This document shows positions 1 through 9,468 of a stretch of 64,000 nucleotides of DNA, in pieces (position 1 is the stretch's first letter; each line of letters starts with the position of its first letter). Under the pieces are notes generated by a model. The model was not told the DNA's origin and did not search any database. It was given only the letters and a program-made list of their open reading frames with translations. The DNA lies in NCBI GenBank assembly GCA_963724735.1, contig CAVRVX010000015.1:10081-74080 (forward strand). The letters are read 5' to 3'. This DNA comes from an uncultured Alphaproteobacteria bacterium (GTDB lineage: Bacteria > Pseudomonadota > Alphaproteobacteria > Rhizobiales > Xanthobacteraceae). Both the position numbers and the translations under genes were made by a program.

Positions 1-1
1 C

Positions 2-928
2 ATCTTCCTGCACGACCCCGACAGGAAGGCGCCGTTCCGGATCGCCAACGAAGCCACCGACAAGCGCTATCTCACCGGGGCGGATTTCGACACCGAGAGT
101 TTTCAGCCGATCGGGGAGAAGATCTGGATCGGCGACGAATTCGGGCCGTATCTGCTTCGCGTCGACCGCAACGGCAAGGTCGAAGCCGTGTTCGAGACGA
201 CGGTCGACGGCAAGCCCGCGCGCTCCCCCGACCATTACGTGGTGACCTCGCCGGCGACCCCGAGCGCGACCGGCTCCTTCAACGTTCGTCGTTCCAAGGG
301 CTATGAGGGCATGGCCGCCTCGCCCGACGGCAAGTTTCTCTATGCGCTGCTCGAAGGGCCGCTGTGGGACGCCGAGAAGAAAGATTGGGAAAAGACTGCG
401 GACGGCAAGGAATATCTGCGCATTCTCGAGTTCGACGTCGGCGGCGAGAAGTGGACCGGCCGCCAATGGAAATACGTGCTCGCGCAGAACGGCCACGCGA
501 TCGGCGACTTCAACATGATCGATGCGACGAGCGGCCTCGTCATCGAGCGTGACGATGGCGAAGGCACGGCCGACAAGGCCTGCCCGGCCGGCGAGAAGCG
601 CCCCGACTGCTTCCACAACCCGGCGAAGTTCAAGCGCATCTACAAGATCGAGATGAACGACGCCAACGCGAACGGCCCGGTGCGCAAGATCGGCTATATC
701 GACCTGATGAAGATCGCCGACCCGAACAAGAAGTCGCGCAAGCCGCTGACCGACGGCGCCCTCGCCTTCCCGTTCTGGACGATCGAGGATGTCGACGTGG
801 TCGATCCCCAGCACATCATCGTCGGCAACGACAACAATCTGCCGTTCTCGTCGAGCCGCGAACCGAACAAGGCCGACGACAACGAGTTCGTGCTGCTGCG
901 CGTCGAAGAGTTCCTGAAAGCGCGTTGA
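2..928 (+). CDS. Esterase-like activity of phytase family protein (5' end outside the window)
   Basis: The frame is open from base 2 (IFLHDPDRKAPF...). It contains ADFDTES, GDEFGP, GYEGMA, IERD and IEDV...NDNN motifs typical of this beta-propeller family. Confidence 0.75.
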   Translation: MFLHDPDRKAPFRIANEATDKRYLTGADFDTESFQPIGEKIWIGDEFGPYLLRVDRNGKVEAVFETTVDGKPARSPDHYVVTSPATPSATGSFNVRRSKGYEGMAASPDGKFLYALLEGPLWDAEKKDWEKTADGKEYLRILEFDVGGEKWTGRQWKYVLAQNGHAIGDFNMIDATSGLVIERDDGEGTADKACPAGEKRPDCFHNPAKFKRIYKIEMNDANANGPVRKIGYIDLMKIADPNKKSRKPLTDGALAFPFWTIEDVDVVDPQHIIVGNDNNLPFSSSREPNKADDNEFVLLRVEEFLKAR

Positions 929-945
929 AAACGAGGCCTCGCCCG

Positions 946-1413
946 CTACCAGTTCCGATAGGGACGCTTGGCGAGGTCGGCGTTGTAGAAGCGCTTGTCG
1001 TGGGTGATTTCTTCGCCGAGCCATTCCGGCCGGCAGAATTCCTGGTCGCCGCTCGCAAGCTCGACCTCGGCGATCACGAGCCCGGAATTGTCGCCCGCAA
1101 AGACATCGACCTCCCACACGATGTCGCCGACCGGGACTTCGTGCCGCGTCTTTTCGATGACGGCGCCGTAGCGCAATTCGAGCAACTCCTCGGCATCCGC
1201 GACCGGTATGTCGTACTCGTACTCCTGGCGGCTGACCGAAGGCTGCGCCGTTTTGATGGTCAAGGTCGCCCGGTGCTCGTCTTCGATGCGGATGCGGATG
1301 GCGACGCGGCCGTTCTTGGTCAGATAGGCTTGGCGGATGCGGCGCTTGCGCGACACCGACGCCATCCACATGAGGTCGATGACGTGAAATTTCCGTTCGA
1401 TTTCAACGGCCAT
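946..1413 (-). CDS. CYTH (triphosphate tunnel) domain protein
   Basis: N-terminal EIERKF (ExExK) motif, RIRQAYL, EYEY and EVDVF...AEVEL. Start placed at the ATG at 1413. Confidence 0.85.
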   Translation of the reverse strand: MAVEIERKFHVIDLMWMASVSRKRRIRQAYLTKNGRVAIRIRIEDEHRATLTIKTAQPSVSRQEYEYDIPVADAEELLELRYGAVIEKTRHEVPVGDIVWEVDVFAGDNSGLVIAEVELASGDQEFCRPEWLGEEITHDKRFYNADLAKRPYRNW

Positions 1414-1560
1414 GGCTGTTTGCGCTCGCGGGATGGCGGTGGGATAGCCCAGCCCCGGGCCGTTTGCAATCCTCGCGGCGGCTCTGATCCGTTGGGCGGT
1501 CATAGAATGGCCGCCGGCGTCCCTTGCTTCCGCAGACCCGGTTTCGTCGGTGTGAGGCGA

Positions 1561-2916
1561 TCAGGTTGTAGATGTGCGAACCCGCGACAACAGCGTCGGC
1601 TGAGGCATTTCGACCGCGCTTCCGACGCTCGAGTAGACGAAACCATGGCGGATCATGTCCTCGGCGCGGTAAATCTTGCGGAGATCGACCACCACCGGGC
1701 TCGCCATCAGCCGGCGCAGACGGTCGAGATCAAGCGCGCGGAACTGCTCCCATTCGGTGACGATCACGAGGGCGTCGGCGCCCTCAGCGCATGCGTAGGC
1801 GCCGTCGACGTAATCGACGTCGGGCAGCACAAGCTTCGCTTGCTCCATGCCCGCGGGATCATAAGCGCGCACCTTCGCGCCCATATCCTGGAGCGCAGTG
1901 ATCAGCGCAATCGATGGCGCTTCGCGCATGTCATCGGTGTTCGGCTTGAAGGTAAGGCCGAGAACGCCGATCAACTTGCTGCGCACGGAACCGCCGAGCG
2001 CCGCCGCGACTTTGCGCGCCATCGCCCGCTTCCGCACCTCGTTGACCGCAACCACGGTCTCGACGATCCGCAATGGCGACTCATGATCCTGCGCGGTCTT
2101 GATGAGCGCCACCGCGTCCTTGGGAAAGCACGAGCCGCCGAAGCCGGGTCCGGGATGCAGGAACTTGGGGCCGATGCGATTGTCGAGACCGATGCCGCGC
2201 GCCACCTCCTTGATATCGGCGCCGACCTTCTCGCACAGATCGGCGATCTCGTTGATGAAGGTGATCTTGGTGGCGAGGAACGCGTTGGCCGCGTATTTGA
2301 TCAGCTCAGCCCCGCGCCGGCTGGTGTACAGGATCGGCGGCGTATTGAGGTAGAGCGGGCGATAGACCTCAGCCATGACCTCCTGGGCGCGGGCGTCGTC
2401 GCTGCCGACGACGATCCGGTCCGGATGCTTGAAATCCTGGATGGCGGCGCCCTCGCGCAGGAACTCGGGGTTTGAAACGACGAGGACATCGGCATTCGGT
2501 CGCATCTGCCGGATAATTCGCTCGACCTCGTCGCCGGTGCCGACCGGGACCGTCGATTTGGTGGCGACCACGGTAAACCCCGTAAGCGCGCTCGCGATCT
2601 CGCGGGCCGCCGCAAACACGTAATTTAGGTCCGCATGGCCGTCGCCACGACGCGACGGCGTGCCGACGGCGATCATTACGACATCCGCCCCCTCGACGCT
2701 CGCCGCGACCTCGCTGGTGAAGTCGAGCCGGCCATCGCGCATATTCGCTTCGACCATATCGGCCAGGCCGGGCTCATAGACGGGCATGACGCGACGCCGC
2801 AGCGCGGCCACCTTGTCCGCGTCCTTGTCGACGCATGTGACGGAATGCCCGAATTCGGCGAAGCACGCTGCCGAGACGAGGCCGACATACCCTGCGCCGA
2901 TCATCACAACACGCAT
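1561..2916 (-). CDS. ugd: UDP-glucose 6-dehydrogenase
   Basis: GAGYVG Rossmann motif, SNPEFLREG, GFGGSCFPKD with the catalytic Cys, and FKPNTDDMRE. Confidence 0.95.
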   Translation of the reverse strand: MRVVMIGAGYVGLVSAACFAEFGHSVTCVDKDADKVAALRRRVMPVYEPGLADMVEANMRDGRLDFTSEVAASVEGADVVMIAVGTPSRRGDGHADLNYVFAAAREIASALTGFTVVATKSTVPVGTGDEVERIIRQMRPNADVLVVSNPEFLREGAAIQDFKHPDRIVVGSDDARAQEVMAEVYRPLYLNTPPILYTSRRGAELIKYAANAFLATKITFINEIADLCEKVGADIKEVARGIGLDNRIGPKFLHPGPGFGGSCFPKDAVALIKTAQDHESPLRIVETVVAVNEVRKRAMARKVAAALGGSVRSKLIGVLGLTFKPNTDDMREAPSIALITALQDMGAKVRAYDPAGMEQAKLVLPDVDYVDGAYACAEGADALVIVTEWEQFRALDLDRLRRLMASPVVVDLRKIYRAEDMIRHGFVYSSVGSAVEMPQPTLLSRVRTSTT

Positions 2917-3395
2917 GACGTCACACTCCGCTGTCGCAACGCCGGCGACTAAGACGGCAATAGTGGGAAGCGAGCCGGTCCACAACGGTATTGCTGGAAA
3001 ATAAGCCCGTAGCCATGGATAAATCCCGCGCAGGCCTCAGGCGCCCGACACCCGCTTCGCTAGGTCTATTGTACCCGGCTTCGCGCAATCGCATGCGCCT
3101 GCGGCGCGCCATCCGGTGCGGCGTTTTCGCCGGTCGCCAGCGCCATAGCGCCATACCGGCGGGTTGCATCGAGCCGCGATTTCACGCCGTTCAACAAAAT
3201 GTGAGGAACGTTCAAAGGCTATAGGAGCTAAGAGCAAATTGCTGGATTGGGGAGTGCCATGTCGGACGGGCAGCGACGTGGGAACGAGAACGGTTCCCCG
3301 TGGCTGCGAATGTAATTGCCAAACAATTTTGACAAGCAAGCGCCGGCGACCTGGCATTCGCGTCCCAGCCAAGAGAAGGTAGGGGTGACTAAACC

Positions 3396-4226
3396 ATGGG
3401 TGTGGCGCTGGTTTTTATTCTGGTCGCAGTCGGTTCAGTCTTATTTCACGTTTTCAGCCCGTGGTGGTGGACGCCGATCGCCTCGAATTGGAAATCGATC
3501 GACGACACGATCATCATCACCTTCTGGATCACCGGCATCGCTTTCACCGCCGTTGTCGGTTTTCTCGGCTATTGCGTGTTCCGCTTTCGCCACCGCGAAT
3601 CCGGACGGGCCCACTACGAGCCTGAAAACAAGAAACTCGAGGGATGGCTGACAATCGGGACGGGACTTGGCGTCGCCGCCATGCTCGCGCCCGGTCTGTA
3701 TGTCTGGCACCAATATATCGCGGTGCCGAAAGATGCGACCGACGTCGAGGTCATCGGCCGGCAATGGCAGTGGGCCTACCGCCTGCCGGGCAAGGACGGG
3801 AAACTGGGCAAGGCCGACGTCCAGAACATCAGCGCCGATAATCCTTTGGGCTTGGACGCCGACGATCCCGCCGGGCAGGACGACGTCATCGTCGAGGCCG
3901 ACGACTTGCATCTGCCGATCGGCAAGCCGGTCAAGATTTTGCTTCGCTCGATCGATGTCCTGCACGACTTCTACGTGCCCGAGTTCCGGGCGAAGATGGA
4001 CATGATTCCCGGCGTCGTCACCTATTACTGGCTCACGCCGACGCGGACCGGGACCTTCGAAGTCCTTTGCGCCGAGCTGTGCGGGGTCGGACACTCGCAG
4101 ATGCGGAGCAAGGTCGTCGTCGAAGAACAGGCGAAGAATCAAGCCTGGTTGGACGCGCAACCGACCTTCGCGCAGATTTCGGCGCGGTCACGGACGGCGG
4201 CGGCGGACCGCCGCGACCGTGACTGA
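3396..4226 (+). CDS. coxM: Cytochrome c oxidase subunit II (CoxM-type alternative oxidase)
   Basis: CuA motif DVLHDF...CAELCGVGHSQM, two N-terminal TM helices and QWQWAY. Confidence 0.9.
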   Translation: MGVALVFILVAVGSVLFHVFSPWWWTPIASNWKSIDDTIIITFWITGIAFTAVVGFLGYCVFRFRHRESGRAHYEPENKKLEGWLTIGTGLGVAAMLAPGLYVWHQYIAVPKDATDVEVIGRQWQWAYRLPGKDGKLGKADVQNISADNPLGLDADDPAGQDDVIVEADDLHLPIGKPVKILLRSIDVLHDFYVPEFRAKMDMIPGVVTYYWLTPTRTGTFEVLCAELCGVGHSQMRSKVVVEEQAKNQAWLDAQPTFAQISARSRTAAADRRDRD

Positions 4227-4318
4227 TCGAGCTGGCTCGTTTTACGCAGGCGGCACGCGCGGACGGAGCCCTGCTCTCCCCGGCCGTCGTCAGAAATAGA
4301 GTTTAGGAGGAATCCCCG

Positions 4319-6085
4319 ATGGCCGATGTCGTCCTAGGCAAAGAGGAATATGTCCCACCGCCTGCCGAAGTGGAAGACGTAGAGCTTGCCCACGCGCATA
4401 GTTGGATAACCCGCTACGTCTTCTGTCAGGACGCCAAGGTCATCGCCATTCAATACGCGATGACGGCGATCGCCATCGGCCTCGTCGCTCTGGTGCTGTC
4501 CTGGCTGATGCGGCTCCAGCTCGGGTTCCCCGGCGTCTTCTCCTTCATCGATCCGAGCCAGTACCTCCAATACATCACCATGCACGGCATGATCATGGTG
4601 ATCTACCTGTTGACGGCGCTGTTCCTGGGCGGGTTCGGAAACTACCTGATTCCGCTGATGCTCGGCGCGCGCGACATGGTGTTTCCCTATGTCAACATGC
4701 TGAGCTACTGGATTTATCTGCTGGCGGTGCTCGTGTTGGTCGCGAGTTTCTTCCTCCCGGAAGGGCCGACCGGCGGCGGTTGGACGCTCTATCCGCCGCA
4801 AGTCATCCTGACAGGCACGCCCGGTGAGAGCGGCGGCATCATTCTGATGCTGGCGTCGCTCGCGCTGTTCATCATCGGCTTCACGATGGGCGGGCTGAAC
4901 TACGTGGTGACGGTGCTGCAAGGCCGTTGCCGCGGCATGACGCTCATGCGGATGCCCCTCACCGTCTGGGGCATCTTCACCGCCACGGTGCTCGCGCTGC
5001 TCGCCTTCCCCGCGCTGTTCGTCGGCGCCGTCATGCTGCTGTTCGATAGGCTGCTGGGAACCAGCTTCTTCATGCCGACGCTGATCTCCATGGGAGAGAA
5101 GCTGAGCTACGGCGGCGGCAGCCCGATCCTCTTCCAGCACCTCTTCTGGTTCTTCGGCCATCCGGAAGTCTACATCGTCGCACTGCCGGCGTTCGGCATC
5201 GTCTCCGACCTGATCGCCACGCATGCGCGCAAGAACATTTTCGGCTATCGGATGATGGTCTGGGCGATCGTGATCATCGGCGCGCTCAGCTTCATCGTGT
5301 GGGCGCACCACATGTATGTGAGCGGAATGAACCCCTATTTCGGGTACTTCTTCGCCACCACGACGCTCATCATCGCCATTCCGACGGCCATCAAGGTGTA
5401 CAACTGGGTGCTGACGCTGTGGCGCGGCAACATCCATTTGACCGTGCCGATGCTGTTCGCGCTCGGCTTCATCGTCACCTTTGTCAATGGCGGGCTCACC
5501 GGCCTGTTTCTCGGCAATGTCAGCGTAGACGTGCCGCTCTCCGACACCATGTTCGTCGTCGCCCATTTCCACATGGTGATGGGAGTCGCGCCGATCATGG
5601 TGATCTTCGGAGCGATATACCACTGGTATCCAAAGATTACCGGCCGCATGCTGAACGCAGGACTCGGCAAGATCCATTTCTGGATCACTTTCCTCGGGGC
5701 CTATTTGATCTTCTTCCCCATGCACTATGTCGGCCTGATGGGGATTCCGCGCCGCTATCACGACATCGGCGACCTCGCTTTCGTGCCGGCCTCGGCCCAC
5801 TCGCTCAACGAGTTCATCTCCATCATGGCGCTGATCGTCGGCGTCGCGCAGATCATCTTTCTGTTCAACCTGTTCTGGAGCCTGCGCCACGGCAAGGAGG
5901 CCGGCGGCAATCCCTGGCGGGCGACCACGCTCGAGTGGCAGACCCCGGAAACGCCGCCTGAACACGGCAACTGGGGCAAGAACCTGCCGGTCGTCTACCG
6001 CTGGGCCTACGACTACAGCGTTCCAGGGGCGAAGGAGGACTTCATCCCGCAGAACCAACCGCCGGCGGCGGTGCGGGCGGCCTGA
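4319..6085 (+). CDS. coxN: Cytochrome c oxidase subunit I
   Basis: ITMHGMIM, FWFFGHPEVY, WAHHM and AHFH heme-copper ligands. Confidence 0.95.
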   Translation: MADVVLGKEEYVPPPAEVEDVELAHAHSWITRYVFCQDAKVIAIQYAMTAIAIGLVALVLSWLMRLQLGFPGVFSFIDPSQYLQYITMHGMIMVIYLLTALFLGGFGNYLIPLMLGARDMVFPYVNMLSYWIYLLAVLVLVASFFLPEGPTGGGWTLYPPQVILTGTPGESGGIILMLASLALFIIGFTMGGLNYVVTVLQGRCRGMTLMRMPLTVWGIFTATVLALLAFPALFVGAVMLLFDRLLGTSFFMPTLISMGEKLSYGGGSPILFQHLFWFFGHPEVYIVALPAFGIVSDLIATHARKNIFGYRMMVWAIVIIGALSFIVWAHHMYVSGMNPYFGYFFATTTLIIAIPTAIKVYNWVLTLWRGNIHLTVPMLFALGFIVTFVNGGLTGLFLGNVSVDVPLSDTMFVVAHFHMVMGVAPIMVIFGAIYHWYPKITGRMLNAGLGKIHFWITFLGAYLIFFPMHYVGLMGIPRRYHDIGDLAFVPASAHSLNEFISIMALIVGVAQIIFLFNLFWSLRHGKEAGGNPWRATTLEWQTPETPPEHGNWGKNLPVVYRWAYDYSVPGAKEDFIPQNQPPAAVRAA

Positions 6086-6094
6086 GGTTGCGCC

Positions 6095-6820
6095 GTGGTC
6101 TTCATCCTCCTCTTCATGACGATCATTGCAGCCATCGCGGTGTGGTGGCTGTCGCGGCAGCGGCTGTTCGCCAAGCCGTGGCTGGAGGAGGGCTTGGCCG
6201 GCGAGTTTCCCGGCACCGGCGCGTCGCGATTGCCCGCGGCGAAGATCGGCCTCGGCGTGTTTCTCGCAGTCGTCGGGTCGCTGTTCGCGCTGTTTCTGTC
6301 GGCCTATCTCATGCGCATGGAAATGGCGGACTGGCGGCCGTTGCCGGCGCCGACCGTTCTATGGCTCAATACGGGCCTGCTCATCCTGAGCAGCGTGGCG
6401 CTGCAATGGGCGCAGACCAACGCCCGGCGCGGCGATGTCGAAGCCGTACAGACCGGCCTGCTCGCCGCGGGAGTTCTCGCCCTTGGCTTCCTCGCCGGTC
6501 AGTTGATCGCCTGGCGACAGCTCGACGCGGCCGGCTATTACCTCGCGAGCAACCCCGCCAACACGTTCTTCTACGTGCTCACGGCGCTGCACGGGCTGCA
6601 CTTGTTGGGGGGCATCGTGGCCTTGGGCCGGACAACCGCGAGGGCATGGCGCGGGATTGCGGTCGAGAAACTGCGCATGAGCGTCGAGCTCTGCGCGATC
6701 TATTGGCATTTCCTGCTGCTGATCTGGCTGATTCTGTTCGGCCTGGTCCTGCTGGGGGCGGACGCGTCGCTCGCCAATTTCATCGAACTCTGCACATCGG
6801 TGATCCGAGGCACAAGATAG
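6095..6820 (+). CDS. coxO: Cytochrome c oxidase subunit III-like protein
   Basis: LTALHGLHLLGG and YWHFL motifs; position in the operon. Confidence 0.85.
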   Translation: MVFILLFMTIIAAIAVWWLSRQRLFAKPWLEEGLAGEFPGTGASRLPAAKIGLGVFLAVVGSLFALFLSAYLMRMEMADWRPLPAPTVLWLNTGLLILSSVALQWAQTNARRGDVEAVQTGLLAAGVLALGFLAGQLIAWRQLDAAGYYLASNPANTFFYVLTALHGLHLLGGIVALGRTTARAWRGIAVEKLRMSVELCAIYWHFLLLIWLILFGLVLLGADASLANFIELCTSVIRGTR

Positions 6821-6831
6821 GTTGAGAAGCG

Positions 6832-7554
6832 ATGGCTGAGACTGCGGTAGCGAATACGGGACAAGCACCCAAGCTGCTTCCGGGCATGGAGGGCTTCGTC
6901 GCGGACTGGTCGTCGGACCAGCGCGCATTCAAGAAGGTGTCCTGGGGGAAGGCCATGATGTGGATCTTCCTCCTCAGCGACACCTTCATTTTCAGCTGTT
7001 TCCTCATCTCCTACATGACGGTGCGGATGTCGACCACGGTGCCGTGGCCGAATCCGAGCAAGGTGTTCGCCCTGCATATCGGCGGCGAGGAAATCCCCCT
7101 CATCCTTATCGCCATCATGACGTTCGTGTTGATTTCGTCGAGCGGCACGATGGCGATGGCGGTCAATTTCGGTTATCGCCACGACCGCGTGAAGACCGCG
7201 ATCCTCATGCTCGTGACCGCGGCCTTCGGCGCGACCTTCGTCGGCATGCAGGCCTTCGAGTGGACCAAGCTGATCTCGGAAGGGGTCAGGCCGTGGGGCA
7301 ATCCCTGGGGCGCCCCGCAATTCGGCTCCTCCTTCTTCATGATTACCGGGTTCCACGGCACCCACGTGACCATCGGCGTGATCTTCCTCCTGATCATCGC
7401 GCGCAAAGTCTGGCGCGGCGACTTCGACACCGGGCGGCCCGGCTTCATGACCGGCCGGAAGGGACGCTACGAGAATGTCGAGATCATGGGCCTGTACTGG
7501 CACTTCGTCGATCTCGTGTGGGTGTTCATCTTCGCGTTTTTCTATCTCTGGTGA
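6832..7554 (+). CDS. coxP: Heme-copper oxidase subunit III family protein
   Basis: MWIFLLSD, ITGFHGTHV and GLYWHFVDLVW motifs. Confidence 0.9.
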   Translation: MAETAVANTGQAPKLLPGMEGFVADWSSDQRAFKKVSWGKAMMWIFLLSDTFIFSCFLISYMTVRMSTTVPWPNPSKVFALHIGGEEIPLILIAIMTFVLISSSGTMAMAVNFGYRHDRVKTAILMLVTAAFGATFVGMQAFEWTKLISEGVRPWGNPWGAPQFGSSFFMITGFHGTHVTIGVIFLLIIARKVWRGDFDTGRPGFMTGRKGRYENVEIMGLYWHFVDLVWVFIFAFFYLW

Positions 7555-7562
7555 GGAACGAC

Positions 7563-7934
7563 ATGGCGCAGGCAATGGCTCACGCATCGGCGCAACCCGT
7601 GGCGCAGGCGAAAGCGCACGCCGAGGGGCAGCAGCACCCGATCAAGCTCTATCTCGTCGTATGGGGCTGGCTGTTCATCCTTAGCACGTTTTCCTACCTC
7701 GTCGACTATTTCCACGTTCAGGGCATTCTGCGCTGGTCGCTGATCTGCCTGTTCATGATGCTCAAGGCGGGGCTGATCGTCGCCGTCTTCATGCACATGG
7801 CATGGGAGCGGCTGACCCTGATCTACGCGATCCTCACCCCGCCGGTGTTGCTATTGATCTTCATCGCGATCATGGCGACCGAATCGGACTATACGCACTG
7901 GCTGCGCGAGCTGTTTTTCCGCACAGGGATGTAG
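7563..7934 (+). CDS. coxQ: Cytochrome c oxidase subunit IV family protein
   Basis: Three TM segments with KAGLIVAVFMHM. ATG at 7563 with a GAGG RBS, inside the longer track ORF 6960..7934. Confidence 0.8.
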   Translation: MAQAMAHASAQPVAQAKAHAEGQQHPIKLYLVVWGWLFILSTFSYLVDYFHVQGILRWSLICLFMMLKAGLIVAVFMHMAWERLTLIYAILTPPVLLLIFIAIMATESDYTHWLRELFFRTGM

Positions 7935-8022
7935 CGGCGCGAGGACGCATCCCGCGCGCGTTCCTAGAGCAGGATGAGTTGACATGGCATCGACAAATCT
8001 CCTGCCGTCATCGCCCGCGTTT

Positions 8023-9290
8023 TGTTCAGCCCGGACACATGACTGACGGGTGTTCGGGGACATCGCTGACACGTCATCATTGCATGGAATCAGCCGCGAT
8101 GGAGGCGATCCATGCCATGGCAAGAGGTGTCGGTTATGGAGCAGCGTCGCGAGTTTGTGAGATTGGCGATGCAGGAAGGGATCAACCGACGGGAACTGTG
8201 CCGGCGGTTCGGGATCAGTCCTGATGTGGGCTACAAGTGGTTGCGGCGCTGGGTTGCGGGCGATCGGGAATTGGCTGACCGCTCGCGCCGCCCGCTTGTG
8301 AGCCCGGCCCGCAGCGAGCCCGCGATCGAGGCGGCGGTGCTGGCGGTGCGCGATGCGCATCCGGCCTGGGGCGCGCGCAAGATCGCTCGCTGTCTGGAGC
8401 GGGATGGACTTGCCCCGCCTGCGCGCTCGACGACGCATGCGATTTTACGCCGCCATGGCCGCGTCGAACCGCCGGCCGGGACGCCCGGCCAGCCTTATCG
8501 GCGGTTCGAGCGGGAGGCGCCCAACCTGCTGTGGCAGATGGACTTCAAGGGCCGCGTGGCTCTCATCGGCGACGGGGCCTGCCATCCGCTGACCATCGTG
8601 GACGATCACTCGCGCTATGCGCTGTGCCTTGCGGCCTGCGGCGATGAGCAAGGCCGCACCGTGCAAGGCCATCTGGAGCAGACGTTCCGCCGCTATGGGC
8701 TGCCCGAGAGCTTCTTCGTCGATAACGGCTCGCCTTGGGGCGATGCCTCGGGCGAGCACTTCACGCGGCTCGGAGTCTGGCTGCTCAAGCTCGGCATCAA
8801 GCTCATCCACAGCCGGCCGTATCATCCGCAGAGCCGCGGCAAGAACGAGCGCTTCCACCGCACCCTCAAGGCCGAGGTGTTCGCGATGCGCGCGTTCCGC
8901 AGGCTCATCGACGTCCAACGCGCCTTCGATCAATGGCGCGGGGTTTACAATCTCGAACGGCCGCACCAGGCGCTGAGCCAAGAGCCGCCGGCAAGCCGCT
9001 ATCGGCCGAGCGACCGCGCGATGCCGGATCGTCTTCCCCAGATCGAATATGATGAGCATGAGATCGTGCGCACGGTCCCTGCCACCAAGAACTACGTCAG
9101 CTTCAAGGGACGGCTGTGGCCGGTTCCACAAGCCTTCCGCGGCGAGCGCGTCGCCATCCGGCCTCTCTCCACGGACGGCCAATACGGCATCTTCTTCGCC
9201 GCCCACCAGATCGCAGCCATCGACTTGACCAATCGGAAAAGTGTCAGTCATCTCCCCGAACAGGTGTCAGCTATCTCCCCGGACTGAACA
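8023..9290 (+). mobile_element. IS481-family insertion sequence
   Basis: TGT...ACA ends. About 50-bp imperfect terminal inverted repeats (tgttcagcccggacacatgactgac... vs reverse complement tgttcagtccggggagatagctgac...) with repeated CTGAC sub-motifs. Confidence 0.92.
8112..9287 (+). CDS. IS481-family transposase
   Basis: MPWQEVSVMEQRREFV HTH start; WQMDFKG, VDDHSRY, DNG and GKNERFHRTLK form the rve DDE core. Confidence 0.93.
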   Translation: MPWQEVSVMEQRREFVRLAMQEGINRRELCRRFGISPDVGYKWLRRWVAGDRELADRSRRPLVSPARSEPAIEAAVLAVRDAHPAWGARKIARCLERDGLAPPARSTTHAILRRHGRVEPPAGTPGQPYRRFEREAPNLLWQMDFKGRVALIGDGACHPLTIVDDHSRYALCLAACGDEQGRTVQGHLEQTFRRYGLPESFFVDNGSPWGDASGEHFTRLGVWLLKLGIKLIHSRPYHPQSRGKNERFHRTLKAEVFAMRAFRRLIDVQRAFDQWRGVYNLERPHQALSQEPPASRYRPSDRAMPDRLPQIEYDEHEIVRTVPATKNYVSFKGRLWPVPQAFRGERVAIRPLSTDGQYGIFFAAHQIAAIDLTNRKSVSHLPEQVSAISPD

Positions 9291-9468
9291 AAAAGCGGGC
9301 GATCCAGTAAACACAAACGCTCTCCGTGATTACTGGATGCCCCGCTTCCGCGCGCCTCCGCGGGGCATGACCACTGGGGATGAAAGTGGAACGATCCAAG
9401 CCGAAATCATCACGCGCTAACGGACCGCTAGACCGACCCCGATTTAATCTGAACGGAATTCACGGTGG

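Larger units (their letters stand above)
8006..9371. repeat. CGTC-type REP/palindromic element split by IS481 (arms 8006-8022 and 9291-9371)
   Basis: Left arm CGTCATCGCCCGC; right part GCGGGCGATCCAGTA...TACTGGATGCCCCGC...GCGGGGCATGAC, with nested inverted repeats and GTCAT/ATGAC ends. Confidence 0.75.

Noticed and set aside
3199-3214. CRP/FNR-type box upstream of coxM (TGTGA-N6-TTCAA)
   Set aside because: The second half-site is poor and matches neither consensus well.
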